Both the position numbers and the translations under genes were made by a program. A model generated the notes under the pieces. The model saw only the letters and a list, made by a program, of their open reading frames with translations. It did no database searches and was not told the DNA's origin. A stretch of DNA of 64,000 bases from Zootoca vivipara. Lineage: Eukaryota. This document shows positions 60,190 to 64,000 of this stretch, piece after piece. Within the stretch, counting starts at the first letter, position 1. Each line of letters starts with the position of its first letter. The DNA lies in NCBI RefSeq assembly GCF_963506605.1, contig NC_083283.1:9920001-9984000 (forward strand). Reading direction: 5' to 3'.

Positions 60190-60825
60190 AATTTATTTTA
60201 AAAAAGTATATATACCATTCATACATCATTCTTTATAGAAAACAAAAATGGGGGGGGGGATTCCACCAGTGACTTCCCTCCACCTCAGCCTGACATCCTT
60301 TAAATATGCTCGTCAACATTGTTTTTATGCTAATAATCATTTATCCATTATTAATTTTTGTCATATTCTGATTCTACTTTACATATTTAATCCATACATA
60401 TCAACAATTTTTTCATATAATCTTCAAAACATTGCCATTCCTTCCTTAATTTCTGGTTTAACTGATGTCTTATAGCTACCGTTAATTTGGCCAATTCTAT
60501 GAATTCAGAGTTTACTTATCCAAACTTCTTTTGTGGGGATAATAACCCCTTTCCAGTTTTTAGCAATTAATAATCTGGCTGTGGCTGTGGCATATAAAAA
60601 TAACCTTTTCTTGTCCTGTGGATCTTTTTTCCTAAAATGCCCAATAAATATGCCTCTGGCTTTTTTTCTAGAGATTTTGAACATCTTTTAAAGCTCTTCA
60701 TGAATACACCCCCAAAATTTCTTGATTTTCTCACAACCCCACCATACATGAATCAATGATCTCTCTGCATTATTACATTTCCAGCATCTTGGCTAATTTG
60801 GAAGGTGTCAAATACCACATGTAGT
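60190..60825 (-). mobile_element. Degenerate L1-clade LINE 3' fragment
   Basis: Minus strand WYLTPSKLAK / CWKC / KKPEAYLLGILG remnants, homologous to 23016-23354. Confidence 0.75.
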
Positions 60826-61841
60826 GCACTCTATTTTTGTACTTCCAGTGCTTCCAGGCTGTGGCGCTTTATGGTTTACGTTTTTGGTTCTTTGTTTTAT
60901 GCTTGCACTTTTTGTTTTGTTAACATACACACACAGAGGCAGAAAGCATTGTAGAAGTTTGACCGATTCTCTTTATAAAAATTCTCTTTGATTCTCTCTT
61001 TGAGCCACCAGATGGTGCAATTTTACAGCTGAGTTTGTTGTCTTACCAGCAGGTATCCTCCATGCGAACCCAAAGGTGCTAACCCCTTCCCTCTCTGCCA
61101 CAACTTCCCCTTAATAGAGGTATGCTGCTTCTGGACCTGGAGGTTCTATTTAGCTGCCATGGCCAATAAGCCATAAAAGTCCCAAGGGCCTGAATCAGTC
61201 CAATCTTCTCAGGAAGATTTTAAAGCTGTGACTATGGGCAGTGAGTTCCTTAAGTTTAATTAAGTCCAGGGAGTTCCCTGTATGGATGAAGAACAACCTA
61301 GAAATTGAATAAAAAAATAAAATTGCACAGCTTCAGGCCCCTGCGAAAATGTTCCTATTCAACCAGGCCTTCTGTTGATCAACATCCTATGTCCTTTTAA
61401 GTGTGTGCGTGTGTGTTTGTGTTACTGTCCTGTTTTTAATCATGCATTTTGTTTTTCATTTTTATGCTGTGAAATTCCTCCTTGAAATCTTTGGGTGAAG
61501 GGGTGGCATACAAATTTTACAAACAACAATACTTCCCCTTTTCAAGCCGCAGTGGGGCGTTGTTTAGCATGTCTCCCAACACAAGCGAAGCCACTTTCGA
61601 GATTAAAACGTTTATTTCGCAAAGCGCAGGTGAGCTCGTGGCTTGATCCGTGCCGCATTCGTGTTCCTCTATTATGTTGGTGTTATCCATTGTTTTTCAA
61701 GCCGCTTTGATAGTCATCCGAATGAAAAGCGGCACAAAAATACTGGCAACGTGGGAGGGCTGTCCCCGCCGTGGGGGCGGCGAACTGGGGGACGCAAAAG
61801 ACAAAAGATCCTTCCCACCAAAGGGGTGAGAACCCAACGTA

Positions 61842-61962
61842 TCTGAAGAAGTGTGCATGCACACGAAAGCTTATACCCAGAAAAAACTTAGTTGGTCTCT
61901 AAGATGCTACTGGACACTTTTTTATTTCGACTGCGTCAGACCAACACGGCTACCTACCTGAA
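61842..61962 (+). mobile_element. Penelope terminal-repeat insertion with minimal hammerhead (61839-61876)
   Basis: GTAT-CTGAAGA-A-GTGTGCATGCACAC-GAAA-GC-TT-ATAC; flanking duplication CCAACGTA (61834-61841, 61963-61970). Confidence 0.82.
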
Positions 61963-62222
61963 CCAACGTAGTGTTGTCTGACACTTCTGGCACAAAACCG
62001 AACTGCCTCCCTGCTTTCTAACTCCTTCCCCAAGTCCAGATAGCGAGCCCGGGGATGACTAGGCATTTCGTTGGCCCTACAATGCACCCCCTCGCCCCTG
62101 CCGGCATGTCTCTACGTTCGTGTTGCTGGGAACCAGCTCTGGAAACACAAGCGTGGGCATAAAACCCCGCGAGAGAAGCCACTCGGCGTCGTCCGGTTCG
62201 GTGCCTGAATTGTACGGAGAGA

Positions 62223-62748
62223 TAAATGGATAAATGGACATAAATCTGACATCAGGAACCATAAGACTGAAAAACCAGTAGGAGAACACTTCAATCTCCC
62301 AGGACATTCTATACAAGATCTCAAAGCAGCTGTTTTATTACAGAGAAATTTCAGGAACAGACTGGAAAGGGAAGTTGCTGAATTGGAAATCATTACCAAG
62401 CTTAAAACCATGGAAGCACCTGGGATGAATAGAGACATCGGATTCTTATCTCATTATGCATGATCAAGCTTTCTTTAGCACCTCAGCCCAGGACTAATTG
62501 CAGCCATCAGCAGCCATTAACATCCATCTACAGGTTTACCACTCCCATCAGCCCATCTCCCATTCCCACCCACCCCCACCACCCTCTGTATATATATATA
62601 GGGTCTGACACTTCTGTTTCTAGTGTATCTGAAGAAGTGTGCATGCACACGAAAGCTCATACCAAAATATAAACTTAGTTGGTCTTTAAGGTGCTACTGA
62701 AGGAATTTTTTTATTTTGCTTCGACTCAGACCAACACGGCTACCTACC
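62223..62748 (+). mobile_element. 5'-truncated Penelope-like retroelement (GIY-YIG endonuclease C-terminus plus terminal repeat with hammerhead at 62625-62662)
   Basis: Frame 62227-62463 reads WINGHKSDIRNHKTEKPVGEHFNLPGHSIQDLK...RLEREVAELEIITKLKTMEAPGMNRDIGFLSHYA*; 12-bp duplication TGTACGGAGAGA (62211-62222, 62749-62760). Confidence 0.88.
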
Positions 62749-62864
62749 TGTACGGAGAGAGTTCCATTTCGCCTCCCCCTAAGCTCTTACCTCTTTAGCC
62801 GCCGCGAGGAAAGAGGAACATACTGTAAAATAAACCGCCGGCTGGGCCCCGCCTCCTGCGCTCG

Positions 62865-62878
62865 GTTGCCATGGCGAC
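62865..62878. promoter_or_regulatory. RFX X-box
   Basis: GTTGCCATGGCGAC, 13/14 match to palindromic GTTGCCATGGCAAC, 60 bp upstream of a ciliary-gene ATG. Confidence 0.8.
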
Positions 62879-62937
62879 GGCGTTGGCTGTTAGGAGGAGG
62901 CAGCCGCCGAAGCAAAGCGTAGGCCTCGCGAGCAGCC

Positions 62938-62947
62938 ATGGGGCGCA
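62938..62947 (+). CDS. DNAAF11: DNAAF11 (LRRC6) first coding exon (MGR-, phase 1); rest of gene beyond the window
   Basis: gcagccATGGGGCGCA|gtgagt: good Kozak and strong donor; recalled human start MGWITEDLIRR, synteny after TMEM71 on the same strand, and X-box. Only 3 codons are visible, so the identity rests mainly on synteny. Confidence 0.7.
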
Positions 62948-63359
62948 GTGAGTCCCGCTTTCCTCGCGTCTTCACCGGCGGGGTGGGGAAGGGGTGCGAA
63001 CCCCTTGGCGCCGAGCCTGAGGGAAAAATGGGGCGGAGGGTGTTTTTTGTGGGGGGGGGAGGGGGGAGCCCTGGAACCGGTTCCCCCTGAGAGAACAGCA
63101 GCAAAGCGTCTTCAGAGCAGGGCCGCGCGGCCAACCGTCGTTTGTACCGGTAACTGTCGCTCAAAGCACGCGACCCGGTCCAGGGCCCCGCCCCGCCCGC
63201 AATGCCTCCTGGGAAATGCAGTTCCCACGTCCTTTCCGGACACCCCCCTGCGCCTCTTTGCTCCAGGTGTTTTCTTCCACCTCCCGCCTGTCTCTGGAGC
63301 ATGTGCAGAAGTCAGGGAGCGTCCTTTCTCCCCACACCGTAGCTAAACAGCTGCATAAC

Positions 63360-63433
63360 TTTTAGAAGGCACCTGAAGGCAGCCCTCATAGGGAAGTTTC
63401 TTTTAATGTGTCATGTTACCTGGGCGGGGCCCA

Positions 63434-63496
<63 letters not shown>

Positions 63497-63535
63497 CAGA
63501 GTGACTGGGGCCACCCAGTCAGATGGACGGGGCAT
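63360..63535 (+). mobile_element. L2 3' tail interrupted by (TTA)n
   Basis: CTGAAGGCAGCCCT...GGGAAGTT; CCCAGAGTGACTGGGG...CCCAG.CAGATGG; long TTA run at about 63435-63493. Confidence 0.7.
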
Positions 63536-63545
63536 TATTATTATT

Positions 63546-63971
63546 CAGGGCCGGATTTAGGTTTGATGAGGCCCTAAGCTACTGAAGGTAATGGGTCTCT
63601 TTATAAGTCCTTTGTCACAACAAATTGTCACTGTTTTTTGTGTTGAATATATGCTACTGTATATGGTAATTTATGGACCTAATAGGTATCTAAAGCCATT
63701 TGCGCATAACAAAATATGTATTTTATCAAAGTAATTGTTGAACTGAAATACAATTAAGAAGAAGTATATTAATACTGAAATACAATTAAGAAGTATATTA
63801 ATAGTGAAATAATTATTAAGCTCTGACTTAAAACGATTTTATTTGTTTTTTAGCTTATATTTTGCAAATGTACATCCAGTTGTTGTTTTTCCTTTAATTA
63901 TTGGGGGGGGGCACCCAAGAGAGTGGGGCCCTAAGCTATAGCTTGTTTAGCTTATACGTAAATCCAGCACA
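63546..63971. mobile_element. hAT-type MITE
   Basis: CAGGGCCGGATTTA...TAAATCCAGCAC termini; 8-bp TTATTATT on both sides. Confidence 0.75.
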
Positions 63972-64000
63972 TTATTATTGAGGAGGCATTTCCCCCCAAG

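Larger units (their letters stand above)
62780..63340. promoter_or_regulatory. CpG-island promoter of DNAAF11/LRRC6
   Basis: GC/CpG-rich; GC box CCCCGCCTCC at 62847-62856; X-box; ATG followed by a strong donor. Confidence 0.8.

Noticed and set aside
62716-63346. ORFs of 132 and 171 aa at the right CpG island
   Set aside because: GC-rich promoter and intron artefacts.

Overview
Vertebrate genomic DNA. The repeat content (Sauria SINEs, a Squam3-like SINE, BovB, L2, CR1, L1, Penelope, hAT and Tc1/mariner MITEs) points to a squamate, probably a lacertid lizard (inference). The window covers the PHF20L1-TMEM71-DNAAF11(LRRC6) block known from human 8q24. PHF20L1 runs on the minus strand from a CpG island at about 36.0-36.4 kb, with 7 coding exons down to 5.9 kb; the gene continues off the left edge. 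TMEM71 coding exons lie on the plus strand at 50.2-58.0 kb. The first exon of DNAAF11, with an RFX X-box, is at 62.9 kb. The standout feature is a tandem array of three intact, intronless phospholipid-scramblase (PLSCR1-like) genes on the minus strand at 42.3-48.6 kb, between the PHF20L1 promoter and the TMEM71 coding exons and possibly nested in a TMEM71 intron. They look like a retrogene that was tandemly triplicated. Each copy keeps an identical 16-bp AP-1/SOX composite upstream element but uses a different start codon, and one copy is diverging quickly. Also present: Penelope-derived minimal hammerhead ribozyme motifs (one insertion splits the DNAAF11 promoter region), candidate extra PHF20L1 exons and isoforms, two solo LTRs and a 24-bp templated-insertion scar. 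Protein identities come from recalled family sequences; no database search was run.
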